Assembly (NCBI GenBank): GCA_035508975.1
Contig: DATJMC010000110.1
Span: 2,035 to 66,034 of the forward strand
Length of the DNA stretch: 64,000 nt
Source: Terracidiphilus sp.
GTDB lineage: Bacteria; Acidobacteriota; Terriglobia; Terriglobales; Acidobacteriaceae
Direction: 5' to 3'
The first letter of the stretch is position 1, and every line of letters begins with the position of its first letter. Shown here in pieces: positions 29,041 to 38,566 of the stretch. Under the pieces are notes generated by a model. It was not told the DNA's origin. It did not search any database and was given only the letters and a program-made list of their open reading frames with translations. The position numbers and the translations under genes are program-made.

Positions 29041-29056
29041 TGCAAGCGGGATGCCA
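29041..29056 (-). promoter_or_regulatory. sigma54 (-24/-12) promoter
   Basis: TGGCATCCCGCTTGCA on the minus strand, GG-N10-GC spacing, matches TGGCAC-N5-TTGCW with one mismatch. Confidence 0.65.
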
Positions 29057-29150
29057 TTTTCGGCAGATTGAAAACAAACCAGCTGCCGGTGAAAACGAAC
29101 CATGCGCCGTGTCACCGGCGCCACGGAGCGTGTGCGAGCTGACACGCCGC

Positions 29151-30017
29151 TCACGTCCTCTCGATTCCGCTGGCCTTCACGATCATTCCTTCAAACCAGC
29201 TCCACGGCAGGAATGTGCGCAGGGCCAGCGCCGACCAGGCGTCTGTGCCGAAGCTGTAGCGCAGACGCGGCTTGGGATTCGCAAGGATTCCGGCCAGAAA
29301 ATCCGCCACCAGTTGCGGATTCGGCCGTGACTTGCGGGCTTCGAGCTTCTTGCGCCATCGCGCGATCCGCGCGCCCTCCGGCGAATCGGGGTCCGCGCCC
29401 AAAGCCAGCGTCTTTTCGCTCACCAGCCCATTGCGCGTCCAGATATCGGTCTCGAACGCTCCCGGCTCCAGCAAAACGACGGGAACGCCGAAGGGTCTCA
29501 TCTCGAAGCGGAGCGTCTCCGCCCATCCTTCGAGTGCAAACTTCGACGCTGCGTAGCTGCCGACTCCCGGGAATCCCACCCGCCCCGAAAGCGAAGACAC
29601 CATCACAATGTGCCCGAACCCTTGCCGCTTCAGCTGCGGCAGGAACGCTCGGGTCACCGCCGCCGCGCCAAAGAAGTTCGTCTCAAATTGCTTCCGCAGC
29701 TCTGCGTCGCTGACATTCTCCGCAAAGCCGGCCATCGCGAATCCGGCATTGTTGACGAGCCCATGCAGAGGAACTGCGCGCTCAGCCACCGAATTGGCCA
29801 GGGTCCCGATGTGTTCATGATTGGTGACGTCGAGCTCGCGAATCTCGATCCGTTCGACAACATTTGCCTCTTTAGCCGCCTCGTCCAGCTTTTCGCGCCG
29901 CCCGAGATCGCGCATGGTTGCGATCACCTGCCATCCTCGCTTGGCCAGAGTGACCGCGCTCAACAGCCCGAAGCCGCTGGATGCGCCGGTGAGGAGGATT
30001 GTCTTTGCAGTGGCCAT
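29151..30017 (-). CDS. Short-chain dehydrogenase/reductase
   Basis: [17 protein letters not shown]. Confidence 0.92.
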   Translation of the reverse strand: MATAKTILLTGASSGFGLLSAVTLAKRGWQVIATMRDLGRREKLDEAAKEANVVERIEIRELDVTNHEHIGTLANSVAERAVPLHGLVNNAGFAMAGFAENVSDAELRKQFETNFFGAAAVTRAFLPQLKRQGFGHIVMVSSLSGRVGFPGVGSYAASKFALEGWAETLRFEMRPFGVPVVLLEPGAFETDIWTRNGLVSEKTLALGADPDSPEGARIARWRKKLEARKSRPNPQLVADFLAGILANPKPRLRYSFGTDAWSALALRTFLPWSWFEGMIVKASGIERT

Positions 30018-30158
30018 AAAGTCGTCTTGAGATGGAATCCCGCTCCCCGGCCGTCCAAAGCCTCCCGGGAAGCTCATTCGCGGAGACGGAAAAGGGGCAT
30101 ACAAGCGAACTTGTATACCCCAGATCGTACCCGAAACTCGGCTGGATCCGTTGATCGA

Positions 30159-30410
30159 TCAGTGCGACCGGGCTGCCTGAACGGCCAGGTCAAGCTCGTG
30201 TTCGGCGGCGTGAAGGTGCTCCTCCGCCTTAGCGCCGTGGCCTTCCATGTCGTAGTGGTTGGCGGCACGGGCGCGATCCATCTCGCGGATGGCCTCAATG
30301 ACATGCCGGTGAATGGCGTCAAGGTCGTGCCAGTCGTGGGCCTGGGCAGACACCAAAACGCCTGCAGTGAACGCAAATGCGACAGCAATGACCGCAGTCA
30401 ATTTCTTCAT
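30159..30410 (-). CDS. Small secreted His-rich helical protein (possible metal binder)
   Basis: Signal peptide MKKLTAV..AQA, 10 His in a 59-aa mature chain, GGAG SD upstream. Confidence 0.7.
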   Translation of the reverse strand: MKKLTAVIAVAFAFTAGVLVSAQAHDWHDLDAIHRHVIEAIREMDRARAANHYDMEGHGAKAEEHLHAAEHELDLAVQAARSH

Positions 30411-30573
30411 GGTCCGTTCTCCTGTCTGATTTCTATTCGGGGGCAAACCCGCACCTAACCGTACCTCAACCGAGGGAAATCGGGAAAGTTACTTTTTGTA
30501 CAAACAACGACCGTCGATCACCGCGACTTTATTCGCTGGCGCCCCCATCCTTGATTAAAATCGTCGCCGGCGC

Positions 30574-31569
30574 CTAGATCAGCTCCACTCCCCACAGATC
30601 ATGCAGGTGGACCAGCCCTTCGACTCTTCCCGTTCCATCAACCACGACCAGCGATGTGATTTTGCGCTCTTCAAGAATCGCCAGCGCTTTGGCCGCAAGC
30701 TCGCTCGCGGCAATGGTCTTGGGATGCGCATTCATGGCCTCGCCGGCACTCTTGCTTAACGCGGCGCCGCCTTCGCGCTCCAGCAGACGGCGCAGGTCGC
30801 CATCGGATATCACCCCGCACAAATGGCCGTCGGCCTGCACCGTCGTGATGCCCAGCTTCTTTGACGACATCTCGAAGATGACGTCTGTCATTGGCGTGGA
30901 GGGTGTTACCACGGGTACCTTGTCGCCAGCGTGCATCAGGTCGCTTACCTTGGCGAGCTTCTTTCCCAGCTTGCCGCCCGGATGCAGTTCCGCGAAATCT
31001 TCGGCGCGAAACCCCTTCCGCAAACTCACCGCAACCGCCAACGCGTCGCCGAGCGCGAGCATCGCCGTGGTGCTTGCCGTTGGCGCGAGATTCAACCCGC
31101 ACGCCTCGCGCTCCACGCTGCAATCCAGGGAAACATCACTAGCCTGCGCCAGGGTCGATGTCCCGCAGCAGGTGAAACTTACCAGCGCATCGCCTTTGCG
31201 CTTCAGCGTTGCCAGCATGCGCAAGATTTCTTCTGTCTCTCCGCTGGCCGAAAGCGCAATCACCACGTCGCCCGGCATCAATACACCCAGGTCGCCGTGC
31301 ACTGCCTCGGCTGGATGCAGGAACAGCGCCGGGCTTCCCGTTGAGCTCAGGGTGGCGGCAATTTTCTGTGCAATGATGCCGCTCTTGCCCATGCCGGTCA
31401 CGATCACGCGACCATTGCCCTCGCCGCAGCGCAGAATCAATTCGACGGCGCGCTCGAAGGCAGCCGCCATTCCGCCTTCCAGCCGCGCCGCCAGGGCTTC
31501 CAACGCCGCTGCCTCGGTGCGCACCAGTTCCGACGGTGTCAGGCTGCCTTTATCCTTGTTTTGATTCAT
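30574..31569 (-). CDS. kdsD: KpsF/GutQ arabinose-5-phosphate isomerase
   Basis: TGMGKSG, HPAEAVHGDLG, APTASTT, HPGGKLG, CBS pair. Confidence 0.93.
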   Translation of the reverse strand: MNQNKDKGSLTPSELVRTEAAALEALAARLEGGMAAAFERAVELILRCGEGNGRVIVTGMGKSGIIAQKIAATLSSTGSPALFLHPAEAVHGDLGVLMPGDVVIALSASGETEEILRMLATLKRKGDALVSFTCCGTSTLAQASDVSLDCSVEREACGLNLAPTASTTAMLALGDALAVAVSLRKGFRAEDFAELHPGGKLGKKLAKVSDLMHAGDKVPVVTPSTPMTDVIFEMSSKKLGITTVQADGHLCGVISDGDLRRLLEREGGAALSKSAGEAMNAHPKTIAASELAAKALAILEERKITSLVVVDGTGRVEGLVHLHDLWGVELI

Positions 31570-31673
31570 CGGTTTCTGATGGTACCACCCTCCTTCGCAA
31601 CGCTCCCCGCCGGTGCCGTTTACTCGCTCGCCGCGCCTCCTCGTACAATTCCTTATGGGAGGTCGTCGTTTCC

Positions 31674-32312
31674 TTGAAACGCAATACCTTTGTTCTTTTC
31701 TCCGTCTTGTTTATTCTCGCCATCTTTGCCTGGGCAGGATGGGCAAACTGGGAATATCGCAAGCAGGCCGCCCAGAAGCGCGCCGCCATGGAGGCAAAAG
31801 CGGAATTGATCCCCGCCTCGTCTTCTCCCGATGCGATGCTCAATTCCTCGCCGCTGCTGGGAAAGACCGCGCCCGCATTTACGTTGCCCGACCTCAACGG
31901 CAAGAAGGTTTCGCTTTCGAACTACAAGGGCAGGGCGCTGATGATCAATTTCTGGGCGACCTGGTGCGGCCCCTGCAAGCTCGAAACTCCATGGCTGGTC
32001 GCATTGCGTAACGAGTACGCATCCAAAGGCTTTGAGATTCTCGGCATCTCGGCCGAAGCCGACGATCTCACCGACGATGACAAAGCTGCATGGGCCAAGG
32101 ACAAGGCCGCCATCGCCTCCTTCGTCCGCCAGGAACACATGCCCTATCCCGTCCTGATCAACGGCGACAGCATCAGCAAGGCCTATGGCGGGCTCGATGA
32201 CATGCCCACCTCATTTTTTGTCGATCGCGCGGGCAAGGTTGTTGCGGTGCAAGTGGGCATCACATCGAAAGACGATATGGCTGCCAAGATTCAGAAAGCG
32301 CTGGCCGAATGA
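31674..32312 (+). CDS. TlpA/ResA-like membrane-anchored thiol-disulfide oxidoreductase
   Basis: INFWATWCGPC, N-terminal TM helix. TTG start inferred. Confidence 0.88.
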   Translation: MKRNTFVLFSVLFILAIFAWAGWANWEYRKQAAQKRAAMEAKAELIPASSSPDAMLNSSPLLGKTAPAFTLPDLNGKKVSLSNYKGRALMINFWATWCGPCKLETPWLVALRNEYASKGFEILGISAEADDLTDDDKAAWAKDKAAIASFVRQEHMPYPVLINGDSISKAYGGLDDMPTSFFVDRAGKVVAVQVGITSKDDMAAKIQKALAE

Positions 32313-32827
32313 GAGCAGGGAAGTTTTTTCGTGGTTTGCCCATCTCCGGAGCCGCCTTGTGCGCCGTCGTCGCGAGCTTCGGCTCGCCTGCGCAATCTCC
32401 GCTGGCCGATTCCAATCGCCCGATGTTTCATGGGGCCATCGTCGAATATCTCTTTCCAGAGCAAGTCACCTTGCCCTCGGGCAAGCCGAGCACGGTCACG
32501 CTCCACTTTCGAGTCGCCGAAGGCTACCACATCAATTCGCACACGCCCAAGGACGAGTCGCAGATTCCGACGACCTTCTCGGTTCCTGAGAGCTACGGCG
32601 TTCGCCTCGAGTCGTCGAGCTATCCCCATGGCGAGGACTACACGCTTCCGCTCGATCCGGACACCAAGCTGAGTGTCTACGCGGGTGAATTCACGATCCA
32701 GACGCGGCTTATCGCCGAGCGTGGCAATCATCTTGTGGAAGCGAGACTGCGCTACCAGGCCTGCGATAAAAGCGCGTGTTATCCGCCGAAGACCATCAAG
32801 GTGCCCATCGACGTGATCGGGAAGTGA
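32309..32827 (+). CDS. Stand-alone DsbD N-terminal domain protein
   Basis: GYHINS..YQACDKSACYPP, signal peptide, overlaps the TlpA stop. Confidence 0.82.
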   Translation: MRAGKFFRGLPISGAALCAVVASFGSPAQSPLADSNRPMFHGAIVEYLFPEQVTLPSGKPSTVTLHFRVAEGYHINSHTPKDESQIPTTFSVPESYGVRLESSSYPHGEDYTLPLDPDTKLSVYAGEFTIQTRLIAERGNHLVEARLRYQACDKSACYPPKTIKVPIDVIGK

Positions 32828-32877
32828 AGACATCTGTCAGCCGTCAGCTGAATCCTGCGAGCTAGCGAGCCTCTGCT

Positions 32878-32916
32878 CCATGCAATGGCACCATGCAATG
32901 ACTCCATGCAATGGCG
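32878..32916. repeat. 3 x 13-bp tandem repeat in convergent intergenic region
   Basis: CCATGCAATGGCA-CCATGCAATGACT-CCATGCAATGGCG. Confidence 0.8.
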
Positions 32917-32917
32917 A

Positions 32918-34663
32918 TCAGCGAGCGCCCGCTCCATGCGGGGGGGCCTTCTTTTCGATCTTCGCCCACGAGTCTTTCAGCGGAAGCGTGCGATTGAAGA
33001 TCAGGCTGCCGGGAGTGGAGTCGGGATCGAGGCAGAAGTAACCCACGCGCTCAAATTGGAAGCGGTCTTCCACCTTCGCAGTTGCAAGCGATGGTTCGAG
33101 CTTCGCGTCGCCGACAACCTCGAGCGAGTTGGGATTGAGATTGTCGAAGAGATCGCCGCCTTCCGGGAAGTCGTAGGGATCGGGCTTGGTGAAGAGCCTG
33201 TCGTAGAGGCGCACTTCTGCCGATAGCGCGTGCGGCACCGAGACCCAGTGGATCGTCGACTTCACCTTGCGTCCGTCAGGCGAATTGCCACCGCGGCTCG
33301 CCGGGTCGTACGTGCAGTGCACCTCGGTGACGGCGCCGCTGGCGTCTTTGACCACGCTCTGCGCAGTTACGAAATAGGCATTGCGCAAACGCACTTCTTT
33401 GCCCGGGGACAGCCGGTAGTACTTGGGCGGCGGAACTTCGCGAAAATCATCGCGCTCGATGTAGATTTCGCGCGAGAACGGCACCTGGCGTGTCCCTGCC
33501 GCGGGATCTTCCGGGTTGTTCTGCACCTCGACCGTCTCCGACTGGCCTTGGGGATAGTTGTCGATGACCACCTTCAGCGGACGCAGCACGGCCATCGCGC
33601 GGCTCGCGCGGCGGTTCAGGTCGTCGCGCTGAAAGTGCTCGAGCAGTTCCAGGTCCTGCACGACATTCGTGCGCGATGCGCCCAGAGCAGTAACGAGGGC
33701 GCGCAGAGCCTCGGCCGTGAATCCGCGGCGGCGCAGGCCGGAGAGCGTGGGCATGCGCGGATCGTCCCAACCGGAAACGCGCTTCTCCTGCACCAGCTGC
33801 AGAAGTTTTCGCTTGGAAAGAATCGTGTAGGTGAAGTTGAGACGATCGAACTCGAATTGCTGCGAAGGAAAGATGCCGAGTTCGGCAATGAACCAGCGAT
33901 ACAGCGGCTGATGGTCGGCAAACTCCAGGCTACACATGGAGTGCGTCACCCGCTCGATCGAGTCCGACTGCCCGTGCGCGTAATCGTACATCGGATAGAT
34001 GCACCACTCGTCGCCGGTGCGATGATGGGTGGCGTGCAGGATGCGGTACATCACCGGATCGCGCATGTTCAGGTTCGGCGAGGCCATGTCGATCTTGGCG
34101 CGCAGCACGCGGCTCCCATCGGGAAATTCGCCGGCTTTCATTCTCTGGAAGAGATCGAGATTTTCTTCCACACTCCGGTTGCGATAGGGGCTCTCTGTCC
34201 CCGGTTCGGTCAGCGTGCCGCGGTGCTGGCGAATCTCTTCGGCGGAGAGATCGTCGACGTAGGCTTTGCCGGCCTTGATCAGCTGCAATGCCCACTCATA
34301 GAGCTGCCCGAAGTAGTCCGAAGCGAAGCAGAGGCGTTCCCAATTGAAGCCCAGCCAGCGAATGTCGTCCTGGATGGAATCGACGTACTCCTGCTCTTCT
34401 TTTTCGGGATTGGTATCGTCGAAGCGCAGGTTCGTCTTCCCGCCGAATTCATCAGCAAGGCTGAAGTTGATGGTGATTGCCTTGGCGTGGCCGATGTGAA
34501 GATAGCCGTTGGGCTCGGGCGGAAACCGCGTCTGGATCACGGCGTCGCCGTACTTCTTCGTGCGCACATCTTCGGCCATCTGCTCGCGCAGAAAATTGGA
34601 GGGCGTGCGGACCTCCGGGCTTTCCGGATTCGTCTGGCTCATGGCTGCTTTTGCGTCTGTCAT
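32918..34663 (-). CDS. glnS: Glutaminyl-tRNA synthetase
   Basis: [48 protein letters not shown]. Confidence 0.96.
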   Translation of the reverse strand: MTDAKAAMSQTNPESPEVRTPSNFLREQMAEDVRTKKYGDAVIQTRFPPEPNGYLHIGHAKAITINFSLADEFGGKTNLRFDDTNPEKEEQEYVDSIQDDIRWLGFNWERLCFASDYFGQLYEWALQLIKAGKAYVDDLSAEEIRQHRGTLTEPGTESPYRNRSVEENLDLFQRMKAGEFPDGSRVLRAKIDMASPNLNMRDPVMYRILHATHHRTGDEWCIYPMYDYAHGQSDSIERVTHSMCSLEFADHQPLYRWFIAELGIFPSQQFEFDRLNFTYTILSKRKLLQLVQEKRVSGWDDPRMPTLSGLRRRGFTAEALRALVTALGASRTNVVQDLELLEHFQRDDLNRRASRAMAVLRPLKVVIDNYPQGQSETVEVQNNPEDPAAGTRQVPFSREIYIERDDFREVPPPKYYRLSPGKEVRLRNAYFVTAQSVVKDASGAVTEVHCTYDPASRGGNSPDGRKVKSTIHWVSVPHALSAEVRLYDRLFTKPDPYDFPEGGDLFDNLNPNSLEVVGDAKLEPSLATAKVEDRFQFERVGYFCLDPDSTPGSLIFNRTLPLKDSWAKIEKKAPPHGAGAR

Positions 34664-34680
34664 ATTCATCCTGATCGTGC

Positions 34681-36156
34681 TCAACCGAGCGCTGCGAGAT
34701 TTGTCACGGCCTGTCGAATGCGTGCAAGGCATACCTCGCGGCCAAGCACAACCATCGTCTCAAACAGCGGCGGAGCGTTCTTTCGTCCGCAAACCGCGAC
34801 GCGAATCGGCTGGAACATCGGGCCTGCCTTGAGGCCCAGCTCGGAAGCTGCCGCACGCAGCGCTTTGTCGAGCGAGTCGTGGTCGAAGGGGGTCTCGGCC
34901 AGAACTTGCAGCGCCTTTTCGAGTACGCGCTGGGCCGTGGCCGCATCGCCCTTCTGCGGAATTAACTCTGCCGGATCGTAGGGCGCGAGATCCTTCACAA
35001 AGAAGAAATCGGCCGCGGCAGGCGCTTCGCCGAGCAGCTTGATCCGCTCCCGGATCAGGGGCGTGACGGCGAGAAGCTTGTCGGCGGGAGCTTCGAGGCC
35101 CGCCTTCGCGAAGAAGGGCGCGAGCTGAGCAGACAGAGCTTCGACCGGCAGCGCGCGGATATGTTCCGCGTTGAGCCAGACGGCCTTCGCATCGAAGGGG
35201 TCTGCCTCTGTGAAATTGACCACGGCATTCGCGCGGTTGACGCCTTCCATGGTGAACAGGGAGGTAAGCTCATTGAGCGGCATAAACTCGCGATCGTTCT
35301 TCGGCGACCAGCCCAGCAGACAGAGAAAGTTGATGAATGCCTGTGGCAAAAAGCCTGCATCGCGATAGGTCGTCACGCTCACCACAGGTCCGTGCTTGCG
35401 CTTCGACAGCTTTGTTCCGTCCGGCGCGACCAGCAGCGGCAGATGGGCAAATTGCGGCGCCGCAACGTCAAGCCCTTCGAAGATCAGCAGGTGCTTGAAG
35501 GTGTTGGTTAGGTGATCCTGGCCGCGAATGATGTGGCTGATGCCGAGATCGGCATCGTCCACGCACGAAGCCAGATGATAGGTGGGATTTCCATCCGACC
35601 GCAGAAGCGCGAAGTCCTCGACCTCGTCGGCAAGCTTCGACTGCGCCCCATATACGCCGTCAATAAATTGCAGTGTCCGGTCCAGCCCCCGCGGCACGCG
35701 GTAGCGCAGGGCGAAGGGCTCACCGGCAGCGGCGCGCCGAGCGCTCTCTTCGCGCGACATCTCGCGCATTCCCGGATTGAAGAGCCAGGCGCCTTGCGCC
35801 GACGACGCTTCCCCCTCGGCTGCATGCGCGGGCGTGAAATCCCGGTATGCGAGTCCCTTTTCGAGAATCTCCTGAGCTGCCTTCCGATGCAGGGCCAGCC
35901 GCTCCGACTGTTTGTACTCCTCGTCCCAGCCGAGACCCAGCCAGCGCAAACCATCAAAGATGGATTGGACACTAGCCTCAGTATTGCGCTCCACATCCGT
36001 ATCGTCGAGGCGCAGCACCATCGTGCCCTGGTTATGCCGCGCGTAGAGCCAGTTAAAGATGAAGGTGCGCGCGCTGCCGACGTGCAGAAAGCCGGTGGGC
36101 GAAGGGGCAAATCGAACCCGGAGAGCCGTGGAATGGGAGAGATTTTCTTCAGCCAT
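34681..36156 (-). CDS. gltX: Glutamyl-tRNA synthetase
   Basis: [25 protein letters not shown]. Confidence 0.95.
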   Translation of the reverse strand: MAEENLSHSTALRVRFAPSPTGFLHVGSARTFIFNWLYARHNQGTMVLRLDDTDVERNTEASVQSIFDGLRWLGLGWDEEYKQSERLALHRKAAQEILEKGLAYRDFTPAHAAEGEASSAQGAWLFNPGMREMSREESARRAAAGEPFALRYRVPRGLDRTLQFIDGVYGAQSKLADEVEDFALLRSDGNPTYHLASCVDDADLGISHIIRGQDHLTNTFKHLLIFEGLDVAAPQFAHLPLLVAPDGTKLSKRKHGPVVSVTTYRDAGFLPQAFINFLCLLGWSPKNDREFMPLNELTSLFTMEGVNRANAVVNFTEADPFDAKAVWLNAEHIRALPVEALSAQLAPFFAKAGLEAPADKLLAVTPLIRERIKLLGEAPAAADFFFVKDLAPYDPAELIPQKGDAATAQRVLEKALQVLAETPFDHDSLDKALRAAASELGLKAGPMFQPIRVAVCGRKNAPPLFETMVVLGREVCLARIRQAVTNLAALG

Positions 36157-36195
36157 CGATGAAGATTGTTCCTCTTCGATGGTAGCAGTTGCGCG

Positions 36196-36498
36196 CTACG
36201 CTGGCGGCGGTGGTGCAGGCGGATACGGATATCCCATGATCGGCGGAGCAACCGGGGCCACCTTCCAATCGGCAAACGCGAGTACGTAGAGCAGGATCAG
36301 ATTGCCCGCCGGAACGATATTCAGCAGCGAGAGCCACGGCGAAAAGCCGGCTTTCTTGCAGATGAACCAGCAGGGCACGATGACGATTGTGAGTGCAACG
36401 AGAATAAAAATCGGCATGATCGCCAGGAAAGTCATCGCGATCTTCCGGGCCTGCTCGGGATCAATAGGACTTTGCTGCAGCAAAAGGGCGAGGTACAT
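36196..36498 (-). CDS. Small membrane protein of unknown function
   Basis: WFICKKAGFSPWLSLLNIVP pattern, Pro-rich tail, GGGAG SD. Confidence 0.7.
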   Translation of the reverse strand: MYLALLLQQSPIDPEQARKIAMTFLAIMPIFILVALTIVIVPCWFICKKAGFSPWLSLLNIVPAGNLILLYVLAFADWKVAPVAPPIMGYPYPPAPPPPA

Positions 36499-36630
36499 GG
36501 CAGTTCTCCCTCGTGAAGGATGGAAACTCAGGTCACAGTAAGTCCAATCCCCTGAAACTGCAATGAAATTCTTGGCCTGGGTAACTCGGCCCGCATCCCT
36601 TCGCCCCAAGGCAAGGTCTGTTAACGGCAT

Positions 36631-37248
36631 CTAGGTAATGTCTTCGGTGTCGTAGACCGGCGTAATGGTTTTCTTCTTCGGTACGCCATGCACCGACGAC
36701 AGCAGGTCGTCGACCACGTCTTCGAGCTGGCGCTGGCTCTCGATTACCGCGCTCATGCTCTTCAGCTCATCGGCATCGGCTGAACGCTCTACCAGGGCAA
36801 TGGCGTGACACTGCGCCAGGTGATCGAGCCCCAGTCCCTCGGGCGTCTTGGCCTTGATGCTTACCTGCTCCAGCTCCAGGCCGAGCAAGTCAGCGACACG
36901 GGCGCGCATCTCTCCGGCGATGGGCGAAATCTTCGGCGCCGCCAGCACCAGCGTCGTATCCACATTCACGATGCGGTAGCCCGCGTTGTGGACCTCCTCG
37001 ATGGCCAGCTTCAGGAAAATCGCGGAGTCCGCATCCTTCCACCGCGCGTCGCCCGGCGGGAAAAAACTGCCAATGTCGCCCGCCGCCACAGCGCCCAGCA
37101 GCGCATCGGTGACTGCGTGCAAAAGCACGTCCCCATCGGAGTGCCCAGCCAGGCCCTCGGGATGATCCAGCGTCATGCCTCCAAGGTGCAGAGGCACGCC
37201 CGCCTTGAACGCATGAGAATCCCACCCAAAGCCAATTCTTGTGTCCAT
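36631..37248 (-). CDS. ispF: MECDP synthase
   Basis: RIGFGWDSH, GHSDGDVLLHA, GDIG, IKAKT, plus an acidic C-terminal extension. Confidence 0.94.
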   Translation of the reverse strand: MDTRIGFGWDSHAFKAGVPLHLGGMTLDHPEGLAGHSDGDVLLHAVTDALLGAVAAGDIGSFFPPGDARWKDADSAIFLKLAIEEVHNAGYRIVNVDTTLVLAAPKISPIAGEMRARVADLLGLELEQVSIKAKTPEGLGLDHLAQCHAIALVERSADADELKSMSAVIESQRQLEDVVDDLLSSVHGVPKKKTITPVYDTEDIT

Positions 37249-37305
37249 CGTCCAGTGCTCTCAGGATGCTTTGCCCCTCGTGAAAGGGGCCGGCGCTTGT
37301 CGGGC

Positions 37306-38007
37306 TCAGTGGGCGCGCTGGCGCAGGTAGAAGGCAGCCAATTCCAGATCACCCGGTTGCGTAATCTTCAGATTAACCTGAGAACCGGGTACAACGGCTA
37401 CTGGAAGACCGGCCCGTTCCACTACCGAAGCTTCATCGGTACCTATGAAGCCATCCGCCGTAGCCTCGGCAAAGGCCCGGCGCAGCAGGTCAAACCGGAA
37501 TCCCTGCGGGGTCTGCGCTTGCACAATGAATTCCCTCGGAATGGTGGAGGTAATCAGCGCTCCATGGGCCGTCCGCTCCACCTGCTTGATCGTGTCCACG
37601 GCCGGTAACCCCACAATCGCCGCTCCATGCTCGACTACGGCGTCGATCGTCCGATCAATGGTCGCGGCATCAATGAGCGGCCGCACGGCATCGTGGACCA
37701 GCACCACGTCCTCGGACCCCGCCGGCAAAGCAGCCAGCGCATGAGCAACGGATTCCTGACGGTTGTCGCCGCCTTCCACCACGTGGACATTGCCGCTGAA
37801 GCCGTATTCCGATACCTGCGCTTCCACCCGCTCCAGTTCGGTCTTGCGCACCGCAACATAGATGGCCGTAACTCTCGGTACTGCCGCAAAGGCTCGCAGC
37901 GAGTGAATCAAAATCGGAACCCCGTCAAGGGCCAGAAACTGCTTGGGTTGCGGTCCCGCCATCCTGGTGCCCAGGCCCGCCGCCGGAAGAATCGCAAACA
38001 CCTGCAT
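37306..38007 (-). CDS. ispD: MEP cytidylyltransferase
   Basis: PAAGLGTRM..PKQFL, LVHDAVRP, AQTPQGF, NLKIT. Confidence 0.95.
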   Translation of the reverse strand: MQVFAILPAAGLGTRMAGPQPKQFLALDGVPILIHSLRAFAAVPRVTAIYVAVRKTELERVEAQVSEYGFSGNVHVVEGGDNRQESVAHALAALPAGSEDVVLVHDAVRPLIDAATIDRTIDAVVEHGAAIVGLPAVDTIKQVERTAHGALITSTIPREFIVQAQTPQGFRFDLLRRAFAEATADGFIGTDEASVVERAGLPVAVVPGSQVNLKITQPGDLELAAFYLRQRAH

Positions 38008-38046
38008 AACTCGCCGAGTATACATGGCTGGGTGCAGCGTCGCGCA

Positions 38047-38514
38047 CTATGGCCCTTCGCGCCGTACGTGCATCATCTCGTTCGAGATGCAAAATCCCAG
38101 CTGCGCATAGAGCGGACGGCCCGCCTCCGAGGCATGCAGCGTGACCACCCGGATCTTGCGCCGCTCCGCCTCGCGCAGGCAAAGCTCTACGAGCGCGCGC
38201 GCCAGCCCGCGCCGCCGGTAGGCCGGCTCGACATACACATTCAGCAGATGCGCTCGCTGCACACCCTTGGGGTCGAGTGGATGCGGAGGCATATCGAGGA
38301 TCAGCAGGCCCGCGGAAGCTACCGGCCGTTTGCCCTGCGCAATGATCCAGCCAAGGTACGTGCCTTCGCGGATCTTCTGCTCCGTCCAACCCGTCGAAGC
38401 GCGTTCCAACGTGTCGAGGACAGGTGCGTTGGCCGCCCCCATCTCCGCGAACATGGCTCGTCGGTGCGCCGCGATCAGCGAAGCATCGTCGGGAGTTGCG
38501 GCTCGAGTCTTCAT
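38047..38514 (-). CDS. GNAT family N-acetyltransferase
   Basis: NVYVEPAYRRRGLA, LHASEAGRPLYAQLGF. Confidence 0.88.
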   Translation of the reverse strand: MKTRAATPDDASLIAAHRRAMFAEMGAANAPVLDTLERASTGWTEQKIREGTYLGWIIAQGKRPVASAGLLILDMPPHPLDPKGVQRAHLLNVYVEPAYRRRGLARALVELCLREAERRKIRVVTLHASEAGRPLYAQLGFCISNEMMHVRREGP

Positions 38515-38566
38515 CCACTGCAGTATAGGAGCCGTGTCGCTGGGCAGCGGCCGTATCATCGTTGGG

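Noticed and set aside
28808-29077. 89-aa N-terminal extension of ProS
   Set aside because: ProRS homology starts at MHRWSKLF. The upstream DNA looks regulatory or non-coding.
30440-30470. GGGCAAACCC resembling a c-di-GMP-I riboswitch start
   Set aside because: The rest of the aptamer is absent, and it is on the wrong strand for the flanking genes.
32878-32916. Possible CRISPR mini-array
   Set aside because: The 13-bp units are head-to-tail with no spacers, and there are no cas genes.
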